The notes: generated by a model from the sequence alone, not told the origin. 33,016 nt of DNA from a virus (IMGVR_UViG_2513237200_000006); one strand, 5' to 3'; positions 7,603 through 16,975 are shown, counted from the stretch's first letter. Translations and numbers: made by a program.

Positions 7603-9036
7603 ATGAAAAAGCAAAGTGAAATTAACGTAAAAAAATTAGCATCATGGAGATTTTCATTTAAAAACATTGGGTGTATCTCTACAGGAGAAATTAATGCAAA
7701 ACCTTTAACGCTTTTATGCGGAAAAAATAATACTGGTAAAACATGGGTTATGTATGGGTTATATGGCTTCCTAAATATGCCATCACCATCTTTAAAATTG
7801 CCTCAAGTTGCAAATTTTGCCAAAACTCTTCGTGAAAATGGTAAGTTTGAATTAGATGTAATTGAGTGGATAAAAGATAATTTTACGTTAATCAAAAGAG
7901 AATTTAATAAAGATTCATCTTTAATGCTTAAAGATGTATTCAACACTAATGATAAGGAAATTTTTTCTAATTCAACATTTGACTGGGTTATAGATGAAGA
8001 ATCATTAGTATCAAGTGTTTATGAAAAAAAATTGGATGTTAGCCTCGTCATAGGAACCGGCAAAAAAGAAGTAATGCTATTATCCAAAGATAAAAATAGC
8101 AATATCATACAAATGACGCTGCTAGATTCTGCTTTTCCCAGAATTGATGGGTTTATAAACTTAACTCTAAGTCAGTTATTAAAGATAGAGTATGATGAAA
8201 GCCCAGCATTTTTAATTCCCGCAGAAAGAAATGGCTTGCACCTTTTTTTCAATGAATTAAGTTCCAGAAGAACTGCGTTATTGCACCACGCCTCAAAAGA
8301 ACAGTTCGATCTGAACTCACTATTAATGGATGTAATGAAGTCTAAGTATTCTGCTCCTATAGCAAATTACATAGACTGGCTTAATGAAATTAAGGTTAAT
8401 AGGAAAAATAAAAATGGCCAATTTCATAAATTAGCAGAAGAAGTAAAAAAAATAATTTCAGGAAAATATTCAGTTGATCCTGAAGGGCAGATTTATTTTT
8501 CAACGTATAAGAAAGGTAAGACACCTGCAAGTAAAATTGAACTTCATTTATCGTCATCCACTGTTAAAAGTTTGTTTGGCCTGTGGTTTTATTTAGAGCA
8601 CCAAGCAAAAACTGGTGATATTTTAATGATTGACGAACCCGAGTTAAATTTACACCCGTCAAATCAGCGAGTAATTGCAAGATTTTTAGCAAAGCTAGTT
8701 AACTCTGGTATTCGGGTTATTGTTAGTACTCACAGTGATTATTTTGTGAAAGAAATCAATAGCTTGATTATGTTGCATGGCGTTTCTGAAAATATGATTG
8801 AAAAACGAAACGCTATCATGCAGAAGCAAGGGATTAGCATCGACTCAATTTTAGACTCTAACCTAGTCGCTGCGTATTTATTTGATAATGGCTCAGTCAA
8901 TGAAATGCAGAAGTCAAATGAAGGGATTAATGCTGTAACTTTTGATGAAGTAATTAATGCCATTAATGACGATAATGATGAAATATATTACTCCTTGGTG
9001 GAGAATGCCTCTGATAGTGAGGATGTAGATGAGTAA
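7603..9036 (+). CDS. Cargo protein 1: ABC/OLD-family (AAA_21-like) ATPase without a nuclease domain, 477 aa
   Basis: Walker A LLCGKNNTGKT near the N-terminus; signature-like HLSSST; Walker B/D-loop ILMIDEPELNLHP; H-loop VSTHSDYF; long insert between Walker A and B; acidic C-terminal tail. Codon usage is strongly AT-rich compared with the phage backbone. Confidence 0.8.
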   Translation: MKKQSEINVKKLASWRFSFKNIGCISTGEINAKPLTLLCGKNNTGKTWVMYGLYGFLNMPSPSLKLPQVANFAKTLRENGKFELDVIEWIKDNFTLIKREFNKDSSLMLKDVFNTNDKEIFSNSTFDWVIDEESLVSSVYEKKLDVSLVIGTGKKEVMLLSKDKNSNIIQMTLLDSAFPRIDGFINLTLSQLLKIEYDESPAFLIPAERNGLHLFFNELSSRRTALLHHASKEQFDLNSLLMDVMKSKYSAPIANYIDWLNEIKVNRKNKNGQFHKLAEEVKKIISGKYSVDPEGQIYFSTYKKGKTPASKIELHLSSSTVKSLFGLWFYLEHQAKTGDILMIDEPELNLHPSNQRVIARFLAKLVNSGIRVIVSTHSDYFVKEINSLIMLHGVSENMIEKRNAIMQKQGISIDSILDSNLVAAYLFDNGSVNEMQKSNEGINAVTFDEVINAINDDNDEIYYSLVENASDSEDVDE

Positions 9037-9601
9037 TATTATCAATGTAATACAAAGTTGCATCGATCCTACATTTCAATTAATGCGAGAGCAGGAATGC
9101 TGGGTTGTATGCGAAGAGAACCCAGGTGCTACAAATAAAAAATTACTGGTAAACGGAAATGGTATCTATGGATTTTCGCTAGATTCTAATAGTATTTCTA
9201 AACCAGTCTGGAAATTTTTAAAATCTTCTGCTTTACCAGGAGTATGCTCTGTTTGTGATGGAATTTTTGTTACGTCGCACAAAGACGTAGATTATTTTAT
9301 CGTAATAGATCTCAAATCTTATAACTCAAATGGTGCGGCTAAACAGGTAGTTACTGGCATTCATTTTTGTAAGTGGCTATATTCTGTATTGAATTTACAT
9401 GGGCATTTGTCAAGAAAAGTGGATTACATTGGTGTAATAAGTAAATTATCGAGGAGGCAGCAATCAGCTAAAAAAACAACTGTTCGCTCGCAATTGCCTC
9501 CTCCTGAAATTTGCTATAATTATCCTGTGTTTACATTGGAAAACTATAACAGATTATCACTGGCGCATATTTGTGACTTTATATACAATATGAAAAAATA
9601 A
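9029..9601 (+). CDS. Cargo protein 2: 190-aa protein of unknown function, possible PD-(D/E)xK-like or TOPRIM-like nuclease
   Basis: Start ATG overlaps the stop of the ATPase gene (ATGAGTAA), indicating translational coupling. Contains E-rich N-terminal strand (WVVCEEN), D in …VCDGIFV… followed 17 residues later by IVIDLK (a (D/E)xK-like motif), and a DVD triplet. The fold assignment is inference only. Confidence 0.6.
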   Translation: MSNIINVIQSCIDPTFQLMREQECWVVCEENPGATNKKLLVNGNGIYGFSLDSNSISKPVWKFLKSSALPGVCSVCDGIFVTSHKDVDYFIVIDLKSYNSNGAAKQVVTGIHFCKWLYSVLNLHGHLSRKVDYIGVISKLSRRQQSAKKTTVRSQLPPPEICYNYPVFTLENYNRLSLAHICDFIYNMKK

Positions 9602-9659
9602 AATCCTGCAATTATTAGCCCCGGCAAATGCTAGGGCTAATTATCATCTAAATATTGGG

Positions 9660-10688
9660 TTAATTATCGTCTAAAGAGTAATTTTTGAATTGAATAACTT
9701 CGGCGCTGAGCCAGCCGTTTATCTCGCGGATCCTGTCCTGTAGCGGGATAAGCTCATTGCGGACAAAGACCTTTGCCACTTTCTCAATATCACCCAGTGA
9801 CCCGACGTTCTCCGGCTTGCCGCCCATCAACTGAAAGGGGATGCGGTGCGCGTCCAGCAGGTCAGCGGCGCTGGCTTTTTTGATATTAAAAAAATCGTCC
9901 TTCGTCGCCACTTCACTGAGGGGGATAATTTTAATGCCGTCGGCTTTCCCCTGTGGGGCATAGAGAAACAGGTTTTTAAAGTTGTTGCGGCCTTTCGACT
10001 TGACCATGTTTTCGCGAAGCATTTCGATATCGTTGCGATCCTGCACGGCATCAGTGACGTACATGATGTATCCGGCATGAGCGCCGTTTTCGTAATACTT
10101 GCGGCGGAACAGCGTGGCTGACTCATTCAGCCAGGCAGAGTTAAGGGCGCTGAGATATTCCGGCAGGCCGTACAGCTCCTGATTGATATCCGGCTCCAGC
10201 AGGTGAAACACGGAGCCGGGCGCGAAGGCTGTCGGCTCGTTGAAGGACGGCACCCACCAGTAAACATCCTCCTCCACGCCACGGCGGGTATATTTTGCCG
10301 GCGAGGTTTCCAGCCTGATAACCTTACCGGTGGTGCTGTAACGCTTTTCCAGAAACGCATTACCGAACACCAGAAAATCCAGCACAAAACGGCTGAAATC
10401 CTGCTGGGAAAGCCACGGGTGCGGGATAAACGTTGAAGCCAGAATATTACGTTTGACGTAAATCGGTGAGCTGTGATGCACGGCAGCACGCAGGCTTTTC
10501 GCCAGACCGGTAAAGCTGACCGGTGGCTCATACCATCTGCCGTTACTGATGCACTCGACGTAATCCAGAATGTCACGCCGGTCGAGTACCGGCACCGGCT
10601 CACCAAAGGTGAATGCCTCCATTTTCGGGGCGCTGGCGGTCATTTTTTTTGCCGCAGGTTGCGGTGTTTTCCCTTTTTTCTTGCTCAT
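9660..10688 (-). CDS. Q: Portal protein Q, 342 aa
   Basis: Leftward gene paired with P, as in P2. Length close to P2 gpQ. Start overlaps the P stop by 1 nt. Confidence 0.88.
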   Translation of the reverse strand: MSKKKGKTPQPAAKKMTASAPKMEAFTFGEPVPVLDRRDILDYVECISNGRWYEPPVSFTGLAKSLRAAVHHSSPIYVKRNILASTFIPHPWLSQQDFSRFVLDFLVFGNAFLEKRYSTTGKVIRLETSPAKYTRRGVEEDVYWWVPSFNEPTAFAPGSVFHLLEPDINQELYGLPEYLSALNSAWLNESATLFRRKYYENGAHAGYIMYVTDAVQDRNDIEMLRENMVKSKGRNNFKNLFLYAPQGKADGIKIIPLSEVATKDDFFNIKKASAADLLDAHRIPFQLMGGKPENVGSLGDIEKVAKVFVRNELIPLQDRIREINGWLSAEVIQFKNYSLDDN

Positions 10689-12460
10689 CAGTAAAACTCC
10701 AGAATGGTGGATGTCAGCGGGGTGCTGATACCGGCGGTGAGTGGCTCATTTAACAGGGCGTGCATGGTCGCCCAGGCGAGGTCGGCGTGGCTGGCTTCCT
10801 CGCTGCGGCTGGCCTCATAGGTGGCACTGCGTCCGCTGCTGGTCATGGTCTTGCGGATAGCCATAAACGAGCTGGTGATGTCGGTGGCGCTGACGTCATA
10901 TTCCAGACAGCCACGGCGGATAACGTCTTTTGCCTTGAGCACCATTGCGGTTTTCATTTCCGGCGTGTAGCGGATATCGCGCGCGGCGGGATAGAACGAG
11001 CGCACGAGCTGGAACACGCCGACACCGAGGCCGGTGGCATCAATTCCGATGTATTCGACGTTGTATTTTTCGGTGAGTTTGCGGATGGATTCCGCCTGGG
11101 TGGCAAAGTCCATGCCTTTCCACTGGTGACGCTCAAGTATTCTGAATTTGCCACCGGCCACCACCGGCGGTGCCAGTACCACGCATCCGGCGCTGTCGCC
11201 ACGGTGTGACGGGTCGTAACCAATCCATACCGGACGTGAGCCGAACGGATTTGCGGCAAACGGCGCATAGTCTTCCCATTCTTCCAGCGTGTCGACCATG
11301 CAGCGTTGCAGCTCCTCGAACGGGAACACCGATGCCTTGTCGTCAACAAATTCACACATGAACAGGTTTTTAAAATCGTCGGCGCTGTTTTCGCGTTTGA
11401 GCTGCTCAATGTCGAACAGAGTGCAGCCACCTTTCAGGGCGTCCTCAATGGTGACAATCTGCCGCCACTGGCCGTCCGCACAGAGAAGACCTCCGGCAAG
11501 GGCGTTATGACTGACGTCGATTTCCACGCGTTCGGCGGCGCTGGCGCGTCCCCGGTTAAACAGTTCACCGGACCAGAACGGGTAGGCGTCGTGCGCCAGC
11601 GTGGATGGGGTGGAGAAATAGGTCGAGCGCAGGTGACTCTGTGAGGCCATACCTGATGCCACCTTACGGAGCACCTGAAAATTCGGGATCCAGAAAATCT
11701 CGTCGACGTACAGGTCGCCGTTATGGCTCTGCGCGGTGTTGGAGTTGGTGCCGAGAAAAATCAGTTTTGCGCCGTTATTGCCCAGGACAATTGGGTCACC
11801 GGTCAGGTCAACGTCAACCAGCCGGGCAAAGGCGATGATGTATTCGCGGAACACATACGCCTGCGTTTTACTGGCCGACAGAAAAATCTGGTTATGACCG
11901 GTTTTCAGGGCGCGCAGCAGCGCCTCGCGGGAAAAATAAAACGTCGCGCCAATCTGGCGGGATTTCAGGATATCGCGGATGCGGTGCTCAAGCCCGGCGC
12001 GATACCAGTGCAACTGATATTCGAAAGACTGCTCAAAGAAAATCTGCTCCAGCTTTTCGATGGCCTCGTCACTGAAAAAATTCTTTTTCGGTTTGCGACG
12101 CCCGCCTTTGTTGCGGTTAGCGACGTTCGGATTAAGGTCTGCCTCGTTGCCGGTCTGACTGTAACGGTTGACCCGTGCCAGTCGTTCAATCTGGCGTCCG
12201 AGCAGGTCAATTTCCTTGAAGTCACCGCCGGTTTTCTGCGGTTTGATGATGAGCTGGGTCAGCCGCGCTTCCAGACTCATTTCGACACGGCTGATGGGGG
12301 CAACGCTGTCCCAGCCGTCGCGCTGTTTCCAGCTCTGCACCGTCGGGCGTTTCATCTGCAACATGGCGGCAATCTGCGGCACGGAAAATCCCTGCCAGTA
12401 CAGCAGCGCCGCCTGACGACGCGGGTCGTGTAAAAGAGTGGTGTCTGTGGTGATGGTCAT
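10688..12460 (-). CDS. P: Terminase large subunit P (ATPase/nuclease), 590 aa from ATG 12460
   Basis: Large leftward ORF. Internal Met start (MTITTDTTLLHD…) has a GAGGT RBS. The ORF track's upstream extension is rejected. Position and length match P2 gpP. Confidence 0.88.
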   Translation of the reverse strand: MTITTDTTLLHDPRRQAALLYWQGFSVPQIAAMLQMKRPTVQSWKQRDGWDSVAPISRVEMSLEARLTQLIIKPQKTGGDFKEIDLLGRQIERLARVNRYSQTGNEADLNPNVANRNKGGRRKPKKNFFSDEAIEKLEQIFFEQSFEYQLHWYRAGLEHRIRDILKSRQIGATFYFSREALLRALKTGHNQIFLSASKTQAYVFREYIIAFARLVDVDLTGDPIVLGNNGAKLIFLGTNSNTAQSHNGDLYVDEIFWIPNFQVLRKVASGMASQSHLRSTYFSTPSTLAHDAYPFWSGELFNRGRASAAERVEIDVSHNALAGGLLCADGQWRQIVTIEDALKGGCTLFDIEQLKRENSADDFKNLFMCEFVDDKASVFPFEELQRCMVDTLEEWEDYAPFAANPFGSRPVWIGYDPSHRGDSAGCVVLAPPVVAGGKFRILERHQWKGMDFATQAESIRKLTEKYNVEYIGIDATGLGVGVFQLVRSFYPAARDIRYTPEMKTAMVLKAKDVIRRGCLEYDVSATDITSSFMAIRKTMTSSGRSATYEASRSEEASHADLAWATMHALLNEPLTAGISTPLTSTILEFY

Positions 12461-12633
12461 GAATACCTCGCCGTGATGAATACACGGCAAGGCTACTGAG
12501 TCGCGCCCCGCGATTCGCTAAGGTGCTGTTGTGCCAGTGATAAGCCATCCGGGACTGATGGCGGAGGATGCGCATCGTCGGGAAACTGATGCCGACATGT
12601 GACTCCTCTAATCACTATTCAGGACTCCTGACA

Positions 12634-13488
12634 ATGGCAAAAAAAGTCTCAAAATTCTTTCGTATCGGCGTTGAGGGTGACACCTGTGACGGGCGTGTCA
12701 TCAGTGCGCAGGATATTCAGGAAATGGCCGAAACCTTTGACCCGCGAGTCTATGGTTGCCGCATTAACCTGGAACATCTGCGCGGCATCCTGCCTGACGG
12801 TATTTTTAAGCGTTATGGCGATGTGGCCGAACTGAAGGCCGAAAAGATTGACGATGATTCGGCGCTGAAAGGCAAATGGGCGCTGTTTGCGAAAATCACC
12901 CCGACCGATGACCTTATCGCGATGAACAAGGCCGCGCAGAAGGTCTATACCTCAATGGAAATTCAGCCGAACTTTGCCAATACCGGCAAATGTTATCTGG
13001 TGGGTCTGGCCGTCACCGATGACCCGGCAAGCCTCGGCACGGAATACCTGGAATTCTGCCGCACGGCAAAACACAACCCCCTGAACCGCTTCAAATTAAG
13101 CCCTGAAAACCTGATTTCAGTGGCAACGCCCGTTGAGCTGGAATTTGAAGACCTGCCTGAAACCGTGTTCACCGCCCTGACCGAAAAGGTGAAGTCCATT
13201 TTTGGCCGCAAACAGGCCAGCGATGACGCCCGTCTGAATGACGTGCATGAAGCGGTGACCGCTGTTGCTGAACATGTGCAGGAAAAACTGAGCGCCACTG
13301 AGCAGCGCCTCGCTGAGATGGAAACCGCTTTTTCCGCACTTAAGCAGGATGTGACTGACAGGGCGGATGAAACCAGCCAGGCATTCACCCGCCTGAAAAA
13401 CAGTCTCGACCACACCGAAAGTCTGACCCAGCAGCGCCGCAGCAAGGCCACCGGCGGTGGCGGTGACGCCCTGATGACGAACTGCTGA
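12634..13488 (+). CDS. O: Capsid scaffolding protein O, 284 aa from ATG 12634
   Basis: From the internal Met (MAKKVSKFFRIGVEGD…) the length equals P2 gpO (284 aa). First gene of the rightward late operon O-N-M-L. Confidence 0.88.
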   Translation: MAKKVSKFFRIGVEGDTCDGRVISAQDIQEMAETFDPRVYGCRINLEHLRGILPDGIFKRYGDVAELKAEKIDDDSALKGKWALFAKITPTDDLIAMNKAAQKVYTSMEIQPNFANTGKCYLVGLAVTDDPASLGTEYLEFCRTAKHNPLNRFKLSPENLISVATPVELEFEDLPETVFTALTEKVKSIFGRKQASDDARLNDVHEAVTAVAEHVQEKLSATEQRLAEMETAFSALKQDVTDRADETSQAFTRLKNSLDHTESLTQQRRSKATGGGGDALMTNC

Positions 13489-13546
13489 CCGGCGTCAGTC
13501 AGTCCGGGAAAACCTTCACGATTAACCCTTAATTTCAGGAAAAACT

Positions 13547-14620
13547 ATGCGCCAGGAAACCCGCTTTAAATTTAATGCTTACCTGTCCCGTGTTGCCGAG
13601 CTGAACGGCATCGACGCCGGTGATGTGTCGAAAAAATTCACCGTTGAACCGTCGGTCACCCAGACCCTGATGAACACCATGCAGGAGTCCTCTGACTTTC
13701 TGACCCGCATCAACATTGTGCCGGTCAGCGAAATGAAAGGGGAAAAAATTGGTATCGGTGTCACCGGCTCCATCGCCAGCACCACCGACACCGCCGGTGG
13801 CACCGAGCGTCAGCCGAAGGACTTCTCGAAGCTGGCGTCAAACAAGTACGAATGCGACCAGATTAACTTCGATTTTTATATCCGCTACAAAACGCTTGAC
13901 CTGTGGGCGCGTTATCAGGATTTCCAGCTCCGTGTCCGTAACGCCATTATCAAACGCCAGTCCCTTGATTTAATCATGGCCGGTTTTAACGGCGTGAGGC
14001 GTGCCGAAACCTCTGACCGCAGCAGCAATCCGATGCTGCAGGATGTGGCGGTCGGCTGGCTGCAGAAATACCGCAATGAAGCCCCGGCGCGCGTGATGAG
14101 CAAGGTCACTGACGAGGAAGGCCGCACCACCTCTGAGGTTATCCGCGTGGGTAAGGGCGGTGATTATGCCAGCCTTGACGCACTGGTGATGGATGCGACC
14201 AACAACCTGATTGAGCCGTGGTATCAGGAAGACCCTGACCTTGTGGTGATTGTGGGACGTCAGCTACTGGCGGACAAGTATTTTCCCATCGTCAACAAGG
14301 AGCAGGACAACAGCGAAATGCTGGCCGCTGACGTCATCATCAGCCAGAAACGCATCGGTAACCTGCCGGCGGTACGCGTCCCGTACTTCCCGGCGGATGC
14401 GATGCTCATCACAAAGCTGGAAAACCTGTCCATCTACTACATGGATGACAGCCATCGCCGCGTGATTGAGGAAAACCCGAAACTCGACCGCGTGGAGAAC
14501 TACGAGTCAATGAACATTGATTACGTGGTGGAAGACTACGCCGCCGGTTGTCTGGTGGAAAAAATTAAGGTCGGTGATTTCTCCACACTGGCTAAAGCGA
14601 CCGCAGAGCCGGGAGCGTAA
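13547..14620 (+). CDS. N: Major capsid protein N, 357 aa
   Basis: 357 aa, identical in length to P2 gpN, in canonical position. Confidence 0.9.
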   Translation: MRQETRFKFNAYLSRVAELNGIDAGDVSKKFTVEPSVTQTLMNTMQESSDFLTRINIVPVSEMKGEKIGIGVTGSIASTTDTAGGTERQPKDFSKLASNKYECDQINFDFYIRYKTLDLWARYQDFQLRVRNAIIKRQSLDLIMAGFNGVRRAETSDRSSNPMLQDVAVGWLQKYRNEAPARVMSKVTDEEGRTTSEVIRVGKGGDYASLDALVMDATNNLIEPWYQEDPDLVVIVGRQLLADKYFPIVNKEQDNSEMLAADVIISQKRIGNLPAVRVPYFPADAMLITKLENLSIYYMDDSHRRVIEENPKLDRVENYESMNIDYVVEDYAAGCLVEKIKVGDFSTLAKATAEPGA

Positions 14621-14623
14621 CCG

Positions 14624-15367
14624 ATGACGAGTCCCGCACAGCGCCACATGATGCGGGTCTCGGCAGCGATGACCGCGCAGCGTGAAGCCGCCCCGCTGCG
14701 ACATGCAACTGTCTATGAGCAGATGCTGGTTAAGCTCGCCGCAGACCAGCGCACACTGAAAGCGATTTATTCAAAAGAGCTGAAGGCCGCGAAAAAACGC
14801 GAACTGCTGCCGTTCTGGTTGCCGTGGGTGAACGGCGTGCTGGAGCAGGGCAAAGGTGCACAGGATGACATTCTGATGACGGTCATGCTGTGGCGTCTGG
14901 ATACCGGCGATATTGCCGGTGCGCTGGAGATTGCCCGTTATGCCCTGAAGTACGGTCTGACCATGCCGGGTAAACACCGCCGCACCCCGCCGTACATGTT
15001 CACCGAGGAGGTGGCGCTTGCGGCCATGCGCGCTCACGCTGCCGGTGAGTCTGTGGATCCCCGCCTGCTGACGGACACCCTTGCACTGACCGCCACGGCA
15101 GACATGCCTGATGAAGTGCGCGCAAAGCTGCACAAAATCACCGGTCTGTTTCTGCGTGACGCTGGTGATGCCGCCGGTGCGCTGGCTCACCTGCAACGTG
15201 CGACACAGCTCGACTGTCAGGCAGGCGTCAAAAAAGAGATTGAACGACTGGAGCGGGAGCTGAAACCGAAGCCGGAGCCGCAGCCCAAAGCGGCCACCCG
15301 CACTCCGCGTAAGACCCGGAGCGTGACACCGGCAAAACGTGGACGCCCGAAAAAGAAAGCCAGTTAA
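14624..15367 (+). CDS. M: Terminase small subunit M, 247 aa
   Basis: 247 aa as P2 gpM. Basic C-terminal tail (…KRGRPKKKAS). Canonical position. Confidence 0.88.
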   Translation: MTSPAQRHMMRVSAAMTAQREAAPLRHATVYEQMLVKLAADQRTLKAIYSKELKAAKKRELLPFWLPWVNGVLEQGKGAQDDILMTVMLWRLDTGDIAGALEIARYALKYGLTMPGKHRRTPPYMFTEEVALAAMRAHAAGESVDPRLLTDTLALTATADMPDEVRAKLHKITGLFLRDAGDAAGALAHLQRATQLDCQAGVKKEIERLERELKPKPEPQPKAATRTPRKTRSVTPAKRGRPKKKAS

Positions 15368-15466
15368 CAACCGAATGCGCCCCGCGCCAGGGCGGCACGC
15401 CGGTCAGTGACGGTGAATCACCTGACACTGCACCGGCGTCCACCGCCCGACTTTTCAGAGGTAGTC

Positions 15467-15976
15467 ATGATGACGCTGATTATTCCGCGAAAGGAGGCTC
15501 CCGTGTCCGGTGAGGGTACGGTGGTCATCCCGCAACCGGCAGGCGACGAGCCGGTGATTAAAAACACGTTCTTTTTTCCCGATATTGACCCGAAGCGCGT
15601 CCGGGAACGTATGCGCCTTGAGCAGACCGTCGCCCCCGCCCGTCTGCGTGAGGCCATCAAGTCAGGCATGGCGGAGACGAATGCGGAGCTGTACGAGTAC
15701 CGCGAACAGAAAATTGCTGCCGGTTTTTCGCGTCTGGCTGACGTCCCGGCGGACGGCATCGACGGTGAAAGCATCAAAGTTTTTTACTACGAGCGCGCTG
15801 TGTGTGCGATGGCGACCGCGTCGCTTTATGAGCGTTACCGCGGCGTGGATGCCAGTGCCAAGGGCGACAAGAAGGCCGACAGCATTGACAGCACCATTGA
15901 TGAGCTGTGGCGGGATATGCGCTGGGCGGTGGCGCGTATCCAGGACAAGCCGCGCTGTATCGTGAGTCAAATCTGA
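15467..15976 (+). CDS. L: Head completion/stabilization protein L, 169 aa from ATG 15467
   Basis: Internal Met start with GAGGT RBS gives 169 aa, as P2 gpL. Stop overlaps the X start. Confidence 0.85.
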   Translation: MMTLIIPRKEAPVSGEGTVVIPQPAGDEPVIKNTFFFPDIDPKRVRERMRLEQTVAPARLREAIKSGMAETNAELYEYREQKIAAGFSRLADVPADGIDGESIKVFYYERAVCAMATASLYERYRGVDASAKGDKKADSIDSTIDELWRDMRWAVARIQDKPRCIVSQI

Positions 15977-16179
15977 TGAAGACCTTTGCGCTACAGGGCG
16001 ACACGCTCGACGCCATTTGTGTCCGGTATTACGGGCGCACTGAGGGCGTGGTCGAGGCCGTGCTCGCCGCAAATCCGGGACTGGCTGAACTGGGGGCGGT
16101 GCTGCCACACGGCACCGCCGTCGAACTGCCCGACGTTCAGACCGCGCCCGTGGCTGAAACTGTCAATCTGTGGGAGTAA
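15976..16179 (+). CDS. X: Tail protein X, 67 aa
   Basis: 67 aa from the ATG overlapping the L stop. Length and position as P2 gpX. Confidence 0.8.
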   Translation: MKTFALQGDTLDAICVRYYGRTEGVVEAVLAANPGLAELGAVLPHGTAVELPDVQTAPVAETVNLWE

Positions 16180-16182
16180 CGC

Positions 16183-16464
16183 ATGACAGCAGAAGAAAAA
16201 AGCGTCCTGTCGCTTTTCATGATTGGGGTGCTGATTGTTGTCGGCAAGGTGCTTGCCGGTGGTGAACCCATCACTCCGCGTCTGTTTATCGGGCGCATGT
16301 TGCTCGGTGGTTTTGTCTCGATGGTTGCCGGTGTTGTTCTGGTGCAGTTTCCTGACCTGTCACTGCCTGCGGTGTGCGGCATCGGCTCCATGCTGGGTAT
16401 CGCCGGTTATCAGGTGATTGAGATTGCCATTCAGCGCCGCTTTAAGGGCAGGGGGAAACCGTAA
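16183..16464 (+). CDS. Y: Holin Y, 93 aa
   Basis: 93-aa protein with hydrophobic transmembrane segments and a charged C-terminus. First gene of the lysis cassette. Confidence 0.85.
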   Translation: MTAEEKSVLSLFMIGVLIVVGKVLAGGEPITPRLFIGRMLLGGFVSMVAGVVLVQFPDLSLPAVCGIGSMLGIAGYQVIEIAIQRRFKGRGKP

Positions 16465-16961
16465 TGCCGGTAATTAGCACACATCAGAATATCGCCGCCT
16501 TTCTCGACATGCTGGCCGTGTCCGAAGGGACGGCGAATCATCCGCTGACGAAAAACCGGGGCTATGACGTGATAGTCACCGGACTGGACGGGAAGCCGGA
16601 AATTTTCACCGACTACAGTGACCACCCGTTCGCACATGGCCGACCGGCGAAGGTGTTTAACCGTCGCGGTGAAAAATCCACGGCCTCCGGTCGCTATCAG
16701 CAGCTTTACCTGTTCTGGCCGCATTACCGCAAACAGCTTGCCCTGCCGGATTTCAGTCCGTTGTCACAGGACAGACTTGCCATTCAGTTGATCCGCGAAC
16801 GCGGTGCACTGGATGACATCCGGGCGGGACGCATTGAGCGAGCCATTTCACGCTGTCGCAATATCTGGGCGTCCCTGCCGGGTGCCGGTTACGGTCAGCG
16901 TGAGCATTCACTGGAAAAACTGGTCACCGTCTGGCGTACCGCTGGCGGCGTACCGGTTTAA
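16464..16961 (+). CDS. K: Endolysin K (lambda R-like lytic transglycosylase/lysozyme), 165 aa
   Basis: Motifs AFLDMLAVSEGT…GYDVIV…FTDYSDHP…SGRYQ…NIWASLPGAGYGQ resemble lambda R as recalled. 165 aa as P2 gpK. Confidence 0.9.
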   Translation: MPVISTHQNIAAFLDMLAVSEGTANHPLTKNRGYDVIVTGLDGKPEIFTDYSDHPFAHGRPAKVFNRRGEKSTASGRYQQLYLFWPHYRKQLALPDFSPLSQDRLAIQLIRERGALDDIRAGRIERAISRCRNIWASLPGAGYGQREHSLEKLVTVWRTAGGVPV

Positions 16962-16975
16962 ACGGAGTAAACACC

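Noticed and set aside
7603-9036. Calling the cargo ATPase a P2 Old homologue
   Set aside because: It shares the ATPase motif family but is about 110 aa shorter than P2 Old as I recall it and shows no TOPRIM nuclease region after the H-loop. It is treated as a distinct ATPase with a separate partner.
9827-12575. Numerous 60-240-aa ORFs on the opposite strand or in alternate frames inside Q and P (for example 10127-10606, 10954-11430, 11723-12433)
   Set aside because: They are fully embedded in well-supported portal and terminase genes, lack RBSs, and are typical of GC-rich coding DNA read on the antisense strand.
15418-16108. Overlapping antisense ORFs within L/X (15418-15777, 15662-16108, 15774-16016)
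   Set aside because: Embedded in conserved structural genes with no independent start signals. Considered spurious.
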